Shown piece by piece: positions 1-15,800 of a DNA stretch of 64,000 nt. The stretch comes from Macrostomum hystrix (lineage: Eukaryota > Animalia > Platyhelminthes): contig CATNEN010000011.1 of the NCBI GenBank assembly GCA_950097015.1, positions 1,612,001 to 1,676,000 of the forward strand. Reading direction: 5' to 3'. Numbering within the stretch: the first letter of the stretch is position 1; every line of letters starts with the position of its first letter. The notes beneath the pieces were generated by a model. That model was not told the DNA's origin. It saw only the letters and a list, made by a program, of their open reading frames with translations, and did not search any database. A program made the translations under genes and the position numbers.

Positions 1-958
1 CATGGCATTTTGCATATATCTTCTGAAACTACCTGCACCTGTATAAATGATAGTAATTCATGATAGCTAGTCACAATGTGTCATTTTTCAGAACAGTTAA
101 CGAGCCTCATATTGTCCTTTTCACTTAAGTATTTTTTGGGTTTGTGTTAATGCTATATTTGTTACCAAGTAATCAGAATAATTGATTATATTGAATATAT
201 AAAGCCAAATTTGAAGTAGCTAGAATTTTTTAATAGCCTTAGTACTTCTCGTTATTTATAAATTCTGAAAGCCATGAACAGCTCTAAATACATTTTTGTT
301 ATGTATTTTTGTGCACACTTGTATACTTCTAACTATGTATTAGTATACACCAATATATATTTTTTTAATCTTAGTTAGCTATTTGACAGTTTCAATCTTT
401 CATTTTACTTTATTTTCAGTTGCCTCAATGAAAAAAGTAATACATTTTTACTTTGTTACTTGTAATGTTACACATTTATCTATTCTTCACTTTGCATAAT
501 AATGTTATGTTTTTTACTTGAATAATCCACATAGTAAGTTTACTTTATTTACCATACATTGTACTGTTATAATGAATTGAATCTTGAAAGTTACTGAAAA
601 ATTTCATTGTTCTAACACATTTGGCTGACTTATAAAGTAAGAAAAACCAAGCCATTTAATGCTTATATGTTTTATAGAAGATTAAATTTTAATGGGTTTA
701 TACTGCATTAAAATCCATCATAACCTTTCAAAAATCTAAAAATCCACCAATTTCTGAGCTGTTTGTATTCTGGTAAAAAAGTAAATATGTAGCTATTAAG
801 TAGTGTAATTTTGCTTTTGCTTTTACTTAATTTTGCTTTGACTAAATGTATTTCTTAGTTAGCAAGCCTAAAGAAAACATATTTGTACATTAAACAGACT
901 ATGCAGATAGTTTATGGTTTGAACAAATAGCTAAGAATAATGAATCACTTGATTTTAA

Positions 959-4434
<3,476 letters not shown>

Positions 4435-4596
4435 CAATGAAAGTGGTTTCTGGAGTGCAAAGACACAATATTTAATTTTTACGATTTCGGACCAAATTCG
4501 TTTTATCGTTTTCCTTTTTGTGTTTTTTAGAAACGGTTGGTGTTGTGCTTTCATAACTTTTTTAAGTTCATCTGTGCGCTAAAGTAAGCACCAAGC

Positions 4597-5128
4597 TGTT
4601 AGACGGGTGTACCTAAATGTTAGACGGGTGTACCTAAATATTAGACAGTTGTACCTAAATATTAGACAGTTGTACCTAAATGTTAGACGGGTGTAGCTAA
4701 ATGTTAGACGGGTGTACCTAAATGTTAGACGGGTGTATGTTAGACAGGTTTGTCTATATGTTAGACAGGTCTACCTAAATTTTAGACGGGTTACCTAAAT
4801 ATTAGACAGGTGTACCTAAATGTTAGACGGGTGTACCTAAATATTAGACGGGTGTACCTAAATGTTAGAAGGGTGTACCTAAATGTTAGACGGGTGTACC
4901 TAAATGTTAGACGGGTGTACCTAAATGTTAGACAGGTGTACCTAAATGTTAGACAGGTGTACCTAAATGTTAGACGGGTTACCTAAATGTTAGACGGTCG
5001 TACCTAAATGTTAGACAGGTTTGTCTAAATGTTAGACAGGTGTACCTAAATGTTAGACAGGTGTACCTAAATATTAGACGGGTGTACCTAAATATTTGAC
5101 AGGTGTACCTAAATATTTGACAGGTGTA
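4597..5128. repeat. 21-bp minisatellite (TGTTAGACGGGTGTACCTAAA)n, ~25 copies
   Basis: Head-to-tail units read directly from the sequence, just downstream of the ERK stop. Confidence 0.95.
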
Positions 5129-8100
5129 CTTAGATTTTAGACAGTTAGGCACTGTTATACAGCTCTTAACTATTCTGAATTCGGAACATTTGTTTCATGG
5201 CCCCCAGTGCAAATATTATGACAATTCTGCTTTATTTAAAAGGCTGGAGATTTATATTTTTCTGTTGCGGCATGGATACACTTTTCCTGCCCGTAATATT
5301 AAATATAGATATCACGTTTATACTCCGCTTTATTGTCACCTTTTTTGTTTACAACTTTACTTTTAATTCGATATGTAAAACTGTAATTTAATTTCTGCTA
5401 TTTTCTATTTGCGCTTGCCTTCAGTGCTTTACTAGTCTGGGCCTTTCAAGCTATAGCTATTCTATATTTTAACTGCTGTTTAAACTAGTCTTTGGCACAG
5501 CTTAGCCACGCTAGGCGTATTTTTAGTTGCTAAAAACCAGTTTTTTGTTTAACAATCTGCAAAGCTCTACTACAAGGAGCACAGTTAGCTTTTTTATTCT
5601 TAAAAGTCACTCCGGCATTATTCATAGATAATATAATATGTTTATTTTATAGATACTTTTCTTCCCGCTTACTGTGCAAGTGTATGTCGAGGCATTTTTC
5701 TCTCTATTTTCTTTTTTTCTAAACAGTTTGTTTGCTATCGTCACACCTAGAAACAGCTAAACAGTCTATTTTGTTTGCTTTGTGGTTTTTCCTTTTATTG
5801 CAAAAAGCATTATATTACTGAGCAATAGGGCGTTCATGAACTTTTCTAATGCGACGTTTCATAGATTTAAATTTATTTTTTTATATTGAACATTTTCCTG
5901 AGATTTGTAATACAATGATCAAGACCCTGTGCTAAAATCACAGCGGAAATATTAGTTAGACTTCGGGGTAATGTTTTTAAAATTGGAGATACAATCTTTC
6001 TTTTTGCCTTTTCTTGTCTTAAATAGGTTTTAAGGCTGGAAGTTTACCTTCCCCAACATTCTCGCAACATGTTTGAACTATTTTTAGAGTCATGAACTAA
6101 TAATGCCCTTCTTTGCTTTCACTGTGAAAATTTACTTTAATAATAGAAAACTTTTTCTTGTTCCTCCTGTTTATTTAGCTTTGGTCTACGTTTGAAACAA
6201 CTAGCCGCAATTTTTTACTTTCTCCATAAAATTTGACTGCTTTGGATGTTCTCCTTATTGCGTCACTTTTTTGCTAAAATTTGTTGTCGGTTTTGTTGTT
6301 GACCTTTTGTGAGCTTTCCGCAGTTTGCCGCAGTTTGTTTATTTTTGTCTGCGCTGATATTAATACAAGTTAATATAACGATATGGCAAATACAGTACAC
6401 TTTCATAAAAGGAAGATAATCATTGGTTAACTCTATTGCATTTTTCATTTGTTTTCTTGCTTAGTTTATACTATTATCATAATTGATTGCACGGCGTCTA
6501 GCTAAATTATAAATCAATTATTTTGCTACTGGTTTTGCTTGTTTATTTTTGATAAACTTTACTTGCAACTTATGCCCCCCTGCGGGGGAACTGTACATTG
6601 TAACCCCCTTTTCATCAGAACGATATAAAGCAACTTATAGCCTATATACCCCAGAAATTAAGCAAATAATTATCCCCCTGGAATTCTATCGGGGCTTTGC
6701 GGGGACTTTATAGTCCAGTTGACCTCAGCGACAACTTAAAGAAATGGCACATGGAAATACCTCTGATTTATTTGGCTAATAATATTCCTACCTGACATAG
6801 GGCTGGTCGAATTTTAAAGCAACTGTAGAAAGCTTCGTGAGCTTCGCTTCGCTCGCCTCGAGGCCATTATATGCGACCTCTGACTTTCTGACCATAGAAT
6901 GCGCATTATAAAGCTATAAAGCTATATAACTTCCAACAGAAGTTGCTGCCCTGACTTAGAGAAAAATACACTATTTAGATAGGAGAAATACTGGGCTTCT
7001 GGAATAGTGTTCAAATAAAATTAAACGCACAAAAATAGAGCCACATCATCCCAGAAAAATTTCCTATCAAATGATCAAAGAATGGACAAAATCGATTTAG
7101 CAAATCAAGAGGAGATTTCAATTATATAAACAAACATTTTCATCTTTAATATATAGATTGATTAGAGAAGCCAGGCAAAAAGTGCATGTACGTAAATTTA
7201 ACGGTGAGGTTCAGCAATAGAGAAAATGGGATATTTTAGTCGAATAAAACTTTTGGAATATAAAATCCGGCTCCCTGAGTCAATTTGACGGGATGCAATA
7301 TTTTCTGGATGTATTGTGCCGGCTATGATAAATGTTTTATATAATCTTTTTCAATATTTACTTCATTATGAAATAGCATAGAAGTTCATATAGTTCATAT
7401 TTCGTGAGTTGTTCGCTTAAAGTTGTAAGTTCTAACAAAGTAGCCTGTTTTGCTTCGCAATCGATTGAACAAATAGTTATATTACTGTAAGGCGTCTGTG
7501 AGATTTTTGAATAAAAGAAATAAGTGGATTTTCAAAATTAGTGAAAACGAAAATCCTACATTTCGGTTTTCGTTTTCGCACTGGCTGATATTCTATAATA
7601 TATTAATAATGCACGTTTTTTAAGTCCGCTAGTTTCATGCTGCACTCGTCAGAATCCTTGCCATATTTTTCATTCGAAATCGTACGTAGCATATTTACTG
7701 CGCAACATTTTATATTTCAGCCTTCATGTAGCTTAAGTTAATTCCTAATTCTTAATGCTTAATTACTTCAGATGTTCTTCTCCTGCAGCAATATTTTACA
7801 GTGTCGAACCAACAGGCTTTCATTAACAATAACACGTTTTCCTGTTATATGTTGTTATACTTTTTTATTACGGATGACAATGGCGATCCCAATATACATG
7901 ACTAGGCCTATGCCTACGAGCAGCTCACTGTCGACTTTTATATGACACCCTAGAATAGAGAACTGTCCACATGTGTCAAAAAAGTCATGTGGTACTTAAA
8001 AAATACTTTGATTTTAATTTGTCTTGAAGCAGCCTCGCTGTTAGAAATTAGCTAGGCCTAGTAGACCTAGACCCAAGCAAATACTTGCTACTAGAGTGCA

Positions 8101-8648
8101 ATGCAAGTAGCTTCATAATTTTAATTGTATATAGGTATCAAGGACTGATTACTATAATATCATATTATACAATATGTCATATAAAATCAAAAGATATTGC
8201 ACTTTTCAATTTATCAATGCCACTAACTATAGCCTATGGCTTATGGCTATAGGACAATAAATATAGCTAGATATCTATTTTTAAGTGGTGGTGGTGGAAC
8301 TATTTAAAACTGAAATAGCATAGGCCCCTAAGGTGCTAATTTTTTGCTAGGCCTAGGCCATTGCTGCCTATATGTTGTACTAAGCTTTAGAATATTTTTT
8401 TTGAATAGACAACAACATAGAAACAGCAAAATATGGCTTGACTTAATGATTGAATTTAAATTGAGACAAATCTAGAAAAAAGTATGTTTTGTTAGTGTAC
8501 AGCTGCTATTTTGTCTGCCATACAAAAGGTTAATCTATACTGTTACTAGACCCATGTTCCTAGTACTATTGGCATATTGCAATGTAGTTGAGTAGTTGAT
8601 TTTGCTTTTTAACTTCAGTATAACATTAAAAGCAATCGAAAGTATATA

Positions 8649-9458
8649 GGCCTACCATAGTCCAGATGGTGTAATGTGGTATGCCGGAAGCCAAAAAGGA
8701 GGATTTCCAAGTGGTACGCCAGTGGTACGCCAAAAGAAAGACGTGGGGGTCCCTCAGTTTATAATGTTGTGGCACTAAAAATCTGTGATTGATTGACTGA
8801 TGCCTCCCTATGATCCTCACCTGGGTAGGTACTAGAATTGTCATTGGCGCTCACACCTGACAGGCTGATAGTTGCAAAAAAATTAATGAATTAATGTATT
8901 TATAGTTAAACGGCGGCGCCATTAAAAGGGCATCTGGACGTTTTCAGCCGCCGCTTGTCCACGACCTTGCTGATGGTATAGGTCGAGGCGTGCGAGTTTA
9001 ACTGGGCAACAAAAACCGGAGTCCTATGACGCCGGATGCTTCTGCGTATGACGGACAAACTTTAACAATTATTAAAAAATAACAGATATAATCAGCGCTC
9101 AGAAATTTATTTACTAATAATACTAGGCTAAATTATTTTATTGACATATTTATAAAATGATTAATCAAGTTATACAATGCAGGAAAAAATATATGCAATT
9201 TTTTACGTAAAATCCACTGTCGTGTGATGTATTCGTATCTTGTATGTCATAATTTACGCAAAATTACAAAAAGTTTTTACTCTGGCAACAATTTTTTTGC
9301 CTGGTGGTGCCAATGGTATGCTAAAAGTGGTACGCCAATTCAACTTCAGCTTGGTGGTACGCCAAATGCTTTTTCGAATCGGTGGTACGCCAATTTTTTG
9401 GAAAACTCATTTGGTACGCCGGAAATCTCTGGCGTACCAGTCACCTTCCGGAGTATGG
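8649..9458. mobile_element. Non-autonomous TIR (hAT-like) element with subterminal GGTACGCC repeats
   Basis: Imperfect inverted ends (CCATAGTCCAGATGGTG..TGGTATGCC versus the reverse complement of GGCGTACCAGTCACCTTCCGGAGTATGG). GGTACGCC motifs cluster at both ends. AGTATATA occurs at 8641-8648 and 9459-9466 (candidate 8-bp TSD). Confidence 0.5.
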
Positions 9459-9824
9459 AGTATATAATAGATTAAATATATTAGTTCTATTTAAAGATCA
9501 AACATGAATAAAAACGAGCTAGATTATGTTATCTAGAAAATTACTTTTAATCAGCATTTCATTAACTTAAAGGCAATAATCAGTAATATACATTCTTACG
9601 GATTCAATACTAACTAATTATGCAAATATGTCCTATAGACTCAAAATTGTATGAATAGTATTTTTAGTTAATGGTCTTATTTGTTTTTATGCAATTATAT
9701 TTTGCAGTAATTAGCTCCAACAAGATTACTTAAGTTGACAAAATTAATTCTTTCCTACAAACATCAATCTTCTTAATTTTTTGCACATTGCAATTATTGC
9801 ACAATGTTTTTCAGCATTGATTCG

Positions 9825-12800
9825 ATGTCTGGCAAAGGTGCTGGTCGAGGCAGAGGTCGTGGTCGCGGCCAAAACCACGGTGCTGGACAACAGGAACAGC
9901 CAGGACGCCTTAAACAACAGCAGCAACAGCAAGGCCGACCTCAACAACAACAACAACAGCATCAGCAGCAGCCACAGCAACAGCAGGGACGCCCTCAGCA
10001 GCAGCCACAGCAACAGCAGGGACGCCCTCAGCAGCAGCAGCAGCCACAGCAACAGCAGGGACACCAGCAGCAGCAACAGCAGGGACACCAGCAGCAGCAA
10101 CAGCAGGGACGCCCTCAGCAGCAGCAGCAGCCACAGCAACAGCAGGGACACCAGCAGCAGCAACAGCAGGGACGCCCTCAGCAGCAGCAGCCACCGCAAC
10201 AGCAGGGTCAGGGACGCCCTCAGCTGCAGCAGCCACCGCAACAGCAGGGGCGCCCTCAGCAGCAGCCACCGCAACAGCAGGGGCACCCTCAGCAGCAGCC
10301 ACCGCAACAGCAGGGGCGCCCTCAGCAGCAGCCACCGCAACAGCATCAACAACCGGCGGAATTCCAGACGAGGCACGGTCCAGTGACTGAGCCGGCAGCG
10401 AGCCGACCAGAGGCGGTGACATCACAGCTGGAACGAGAAGTGTCCGAGCTGAACCTTGCCGAGGGCCCCACTGGCGACAGCGGTGCTTGTGCCGTCGGCT
10501 CTTCATCTCGAGAGTTTCTACCTGTGTCTTGCGTCAGCGATCAGCGCAGGCGTCAATTGCCAAAAAGGCCAGATAAAGGCGGACAGAAGGGTCGCCAGAT
10601 TTCACTTTTAGTCAATCATTTCGACTTTAAATTTGATCCGAATCTTAGCGTATTTATGTACGACTTCGAAATTCAACCCTGCGGCGGTGGCAACAAGTCC
10701 CGACAGAAGGGCAAAACTCACGAACTGCGTCGGTCGCTGTGCGAAGCTGTTATGCTGGCCTTTATGGCCAAATTTTTTCCGAAAATTTATCGCTATCGGT
10801 AAGTCTATTTGAAGCATTATTTGACTGACGACTGACTTATTGATCATTATTGACGGGCTCATATGACTAAATACCTGAATTTTTTAATTTAATTGAGTTT
10901 GTAGCCTTGTGTCTGAAGCGTCGGACTCACGAGGTCAAGGTTTCGATTTCCGAATCCACTGCAACAATTTGTGTCCTTTAGCAAGACACTTAACTGTGCA
11001 TTGCTTCAATTCACCCAGCTGTTAAATGGGTACCAGCATCAGCTGGGTTAATTAAGAATGGTTGTGGCGCTCACCAGTCCATGGACTGAACATCTTTACA
11101 CCGTTTTTTGGCTAATGTGTGATTCTAGTCATGTACCTGATTCATTCAACTCACCCCATTGACTCGTTTCGACATACTCGTAAATTGATGATGCTAGTTC
11201 AGACCAGTTTCTAGAAGTACATTTTGCACTTTCACAGGTACGTGTACGACGGTCGCCGGGTCGCTTATTTCCTTGACAAACTGCCTGGCGTTGGCCCAGA
11301 CGGCTTTCACGGTCGAGTCTGCCTCCTTAAGGACAACGGCATTGACGAGGAGGAATTCTCAGTCACACTGGTGCAGTCGCGGACACCTATGAGACACTTT
11401 GGCGACATCAAGGAGTACCTAACCACAGAGACGGGCACGGCGGATATCCCCGTTGACGCTATTAGAGTTGTCGACATCCTACTGAAGGCCACATTTATTG
11501 AAAAATCCATGGTCCCGATTGGCAACCGGGCTTTGTTCTTTGAAAAGTACGTGCCGCTTGGTCAACAAGATGGCGATCTGCCTTGGGTCATGCATCAGGG
11601 ACTGTTTGCCAGCCTGAGACCGCAATGGTCTGTGCGTCTTAATGTGGACAACACCCAGGTTATTAAAGCTATCAATGCTTACATTTGATTGTGAAATTAC
11701 GGTCTCACTCCCCAGATCCCCAGGTCAGTCCATCTCGATCCCCAGGTCCTCAGGTCAGTCTATCTCGATCCTCAGGTCAGTCTATCTCGATCCTCAGGTC
11801 AGTCCATCTCGATCCCCAGGTCAGTCCATCTCGATCCTCAGGTCAGTCCATCTCGATCCTCTCAGGTCAGTCCATCTCGATCCTCAGGTCAGTCTATCTC
11901 GATCCTCAGGTCAGTCCATCTCGATCCCCAGGTCAGTCCATCTCGATCCCCAGGTCAGTCCATCTCGATCATCAGGTCAGTCCATCTCAATCCCCAGGTC
12001 AGTCCATCTCGATCCCCAGGTCAGTCCATCTCGATCCCCAGGTCAGTCCATCTCGATCATCAGGTCAGTCCATCTCGATCCCCTGGTCAGTCCATCTCGA
12101 TCCTCAGGTCAGTCCATCTCGATCCCCAGGTCAGTCCATCTCGATCCCCAGGTCAGTCCATCTCGATCCTCAGGTCAGTCCATCTCGATCCTCAGGTCAG
12201 TCCATCTCGATCCCCAGGTCAGTCCAACTCGATCCTCAGGTCAGTCCATCTCGATCCCCAGGTCAGTCCATCTCGATCCTCAGGTCAGTCCATCTCGATC
12301 CTCAGGTCAGTCCATCTCGATCCTCAGGTCAGTCCATCTCGATCCTCAGGTCAGTCTATCTCGATCCTCAGGTCCCCAGGTCAGTCCATCTCTCTCCCCA
12401 GATCCCTAGGTCTGGCCATCTCACTCCCCACATCCCCAGGTTAGTCCATCTCACTCCACAGATCCCCAGGTCAGCCCATCTCACTCCCAGATCCCCAGGT
12501 CAGTCCATCTCACTCCACAGAACCCCAGGTTATTCCATTTTTTATATCTAACTAGCTATTTTTGCCCGTTGCTTTTGAGGCAGAAACTTAAAGCAAAGCA
12601 GTAAGCAATTCACGTCTCTGTATTAACTTTATAGTGAAGGTCACCATTTATTTATTTACTGCATTAATGGAAAGTGAAGAGTTTGTTTAAGGGGGTTTTA
12701 AGTAAAAAATAAGTGAAAAGTTTGTCCAAACAGCCCCCTCTTGATTACTTCTTTAGAAACATGTCTCTTAGCCACTCCTCTATACAGTCAGTGGCAGATC

Positions 12801-15800
12801 CAGGAATTTTGTTTTGGGGCGGTCTGTCAGGGGAGCGCCATGAGAATCACAGAGGGGGTGCCAGCGGCCGAAAAAGGGCGCCAGGAGCCAAGAAAGGGCG
12901 CCAGCGGCTGAAAAACGGGAGCCAGCGGCTGAAAAAGGGGCGCCAGCGGCCGAAAATGGGGGCATCTTATTCCCATGATTAAAATTTTGGGGGGGGGGCG
13001 ACTGCCCCCCGCCCCCCCCCCTAAATCTGCCTCTGTATACAGTATGCATGTACACGCGTATACATAAGGAAAATAGCCATGGCATAACAATAACAATGTC
13101 AAAGAAACAAAATTAAACTGTTTCAGAGTTCAGAGTTAGACAGGTCAAGGTCAATTCGTGACTACTTTTCTATTAATTGCTTGCGAGTCACCTCAAGGCC
13201 TGGGGATACAGCACATTCTTCGTTCTTCCCCTTGGTGCGAAAATGAATAGGCCAGCTGGAGTTCCAACACGGGAGCAGGCGACATAAAGCTGCCCATGCG
13301 AGAAGCAAGGAGTCTCCAGGTTGATGCCAGCCACCTTCTGCGACTGTCCCTGAGCCTTGTTAATAGTCATCGCAAAGCACACTCTCACAGGGAACTGCAG
13401 TCGCTTGAACTGAAATGACAGGTCCGTGGGGATAATTGGAATCCGGGGAACGAACACAGACTCTCCTCTGCCAGATCCAGTCATTATCGTGGCCTAAATC
13501 ACGTGTGGGAAGAGCCGCCTGACTATCAGTCTGGTGCCGTTACACAGCCTTGGCGCATTCAGGTTGCGGAGGAGCATAATTGGTGCCCCAACTTTCAGCT
13601 GCAAGTTGTGCGATGGAGTTCCAGGAGGATCTAGAGAGTTCAGAAACTCAACAGGATACTCCACAGAAAGTTAGAAGTAGTCCGAATGACAGGGGACCTG
13701 TTTTGAAAAATCTTTCTCTTCTCTTCAGTGGGAGAGGCTAAGCCTCTGTATATTTTAGCAAAGCACTGTACGCCAGCCTCTCTCTTTCTTCTATCCCAGG
13801 CTGGCTGGAGAGTAATATCGACCGGAGAGCCCTGCGCACTGGGACGCCACCGCAATCACCGCACTCAGTCTCAGTGCTGCTTGGGGGCCAGTAGACAGTC
13901 TAGGGGTTTGGGCTGTGTACATTCACCGCTTGAAATACAATGTACAGTCTGGGGCTTCGGCGCCCGGGGAAGGGAGGGGGTGGCTGTAATAAAATTTGGC
14001 CCGCAGAGTGGCGGAGGGGAGTTGGGGTGGCTGTCCTCGGAAAACAAAAAGTGACTCACTTTGAGATGATGCAGCTTTGCTCTGGATTGAGTAGAGATGT
14101 TCAAAATTGACAGCATTGTTGGAAAACATGTAAAGTGTAAGTGGATCAAATTTGGAGAAAATCTGACAAAGTGGGGCGACGATATGTCGAATTGAGTGAT
14201 TTTTTGACGACTTTTGAGCAGTTTTTTGCACTTTTGAGCAGGAAGGAAATGATTTTTCGGGAATTTGAGTAGCCTATTGCACTCAGCGTAGGTGGTTTTA
14301 GGTATGTGCAAAGTTTGGTGCGATTTGGTTGAGCGGTTTCGGCGTCTATAAAGACAAAAGGTTGCACACACACAGACAGAGTTTTCACTTTTATATATAT
14401 AGATTTTGTGCATAATAACCCACACAGGTGGCCTGCTACCCTAGCAAAAACCTGGCTGACATTCTCTACGACATTGGCAAGAGTAAGCGCTGGCGTGACG
14501 ATGTCTGGAATCGCGAATTAGTTGACAAAGATCGCATCACACTGGCCAAGATGGTGAAGATGTGCCGAGTTGAGGCTAGCCACTATAAGAATAAAGAGGG
14601 CAAGCCGTTTTCTAGGAAGCACACCATCTTCGATTTAAAGAAGTCGCCCGCCACGACTCAAATAACGCTAGAGAATAAATCCAGAGTGACAATAGCGCAG
14701 TACTTTAAGCAACAGTACGGCATTAACCTTAAGTATCCTTACATGCCGTGCGTCAAGGCGTCACGTGAGAAAGATACCCTTCTACCTGTGGAGCTCTGCA
14801 CAATGCTGCCCTATCAGAAGCCGCCAGACAAAGATGGAGATGTCGTCAGCGCCATCATTCGTCGAGCAGCTGTGCCTGCAGCTCAGAGGCGAGGTGAAAT
14901 CGAGGACAGACTCAACCGGTTGGGGCTCGATCAGAGTCAATACCTCAGAGAATTTAAAATCAGCATCAACACTAAGATGCTGAAGCTGTTTGGCCGTGTC
15001 CTCAGCTCCCCGTCCATTGGCTACGCTAAGAATCAAAGTGTCCGGCTAGACAGGGGTCCCGGCAAATGGGACGCCAGGAATGCCACCTACTTAGAGCCTG
15101 GCCAGGTGAGATATGACTATCTATCTATCTATCTGCAGGGGGGCCGGGGCACTTGTCGCACAAGCGACGGAGCGGCACGCCCCCAGACCGGCGAACTAGG
15201 CACTTTAGCGCCCATCGCGCCGCCTCCCCTGAGCAGGCACCACACACAACAGCACAGACCAGCCGGGGAGGGTAGGAGGCACCCAGAATAGACAGCAGTG
15301 TCCCCCACCTCAGCCCCACACGCACATAGCAGACCAAGCCGGGGGCGGAAGGCTGATAAGAAATCAGTCCTCAGGGGGGGCCGGGTGATGAGTGTACACT
15401 TATCCAATCGCGCTGACGGAAGTCCAGAGAGCGCGCGGCGGTGTACACCCGCCCTCCAGCCACCCCCCGCAAGGTCTAACGCCCCAGCGCCAACGCACAT
15501 AACTCATACAACGCAGAACAGGCACACAGAAGGTAGGAGCGATGCTATTATTTCAAGCTTTGATTGCACGAAATATGGTGCACCTCCGCCAGTCGTTACT
15601 GTCCAAACCCCCCAACAAGTCCCGAAATTAATCGTGACTTGAAAGGTGAATCGAACGTGAGATATGACAGGTGTCTGGTGTCTGATGTCTGACAGGTGTC
15701 TGGAGGCGAGGTGAACTTGTGAATTGTTCAGTGTTTCTGTAGCCTTAGGTCAACATTGTGTCAGGGTTGTCAGAGTGGGTCAGCATGGTATTGGGGTAGT

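Larger units (their letters stand above)
12552..14403 (-). mobile_element. Non-autonomous Helitron with both termini
   Basis: On the minus strand the 5' end is TCTATATATATAAAAGTG (14403) preceded by A, and the 3' end is a GC-rich hairpin-like stretch followed by CTAG (12552) and then T. This gives an A|T insertion with no TSD. An internal RepHel helicase fragment is present. Confidence 0.88.

Noticed and set aside
9744-10506. Alternative-frame and antisense ORFs (poly-S, poly-L, poly-A)
   Set aside because: They are shadows of the CAG-rich Argonaute exon 1.
11642-12551. ORFs of 255 and 288 aa following Argonaute exon 2
   Set aside because: They are minisatellite translations inside an intron whose donor (11659) and acceptor (14427) give an in-frame Argonaute.
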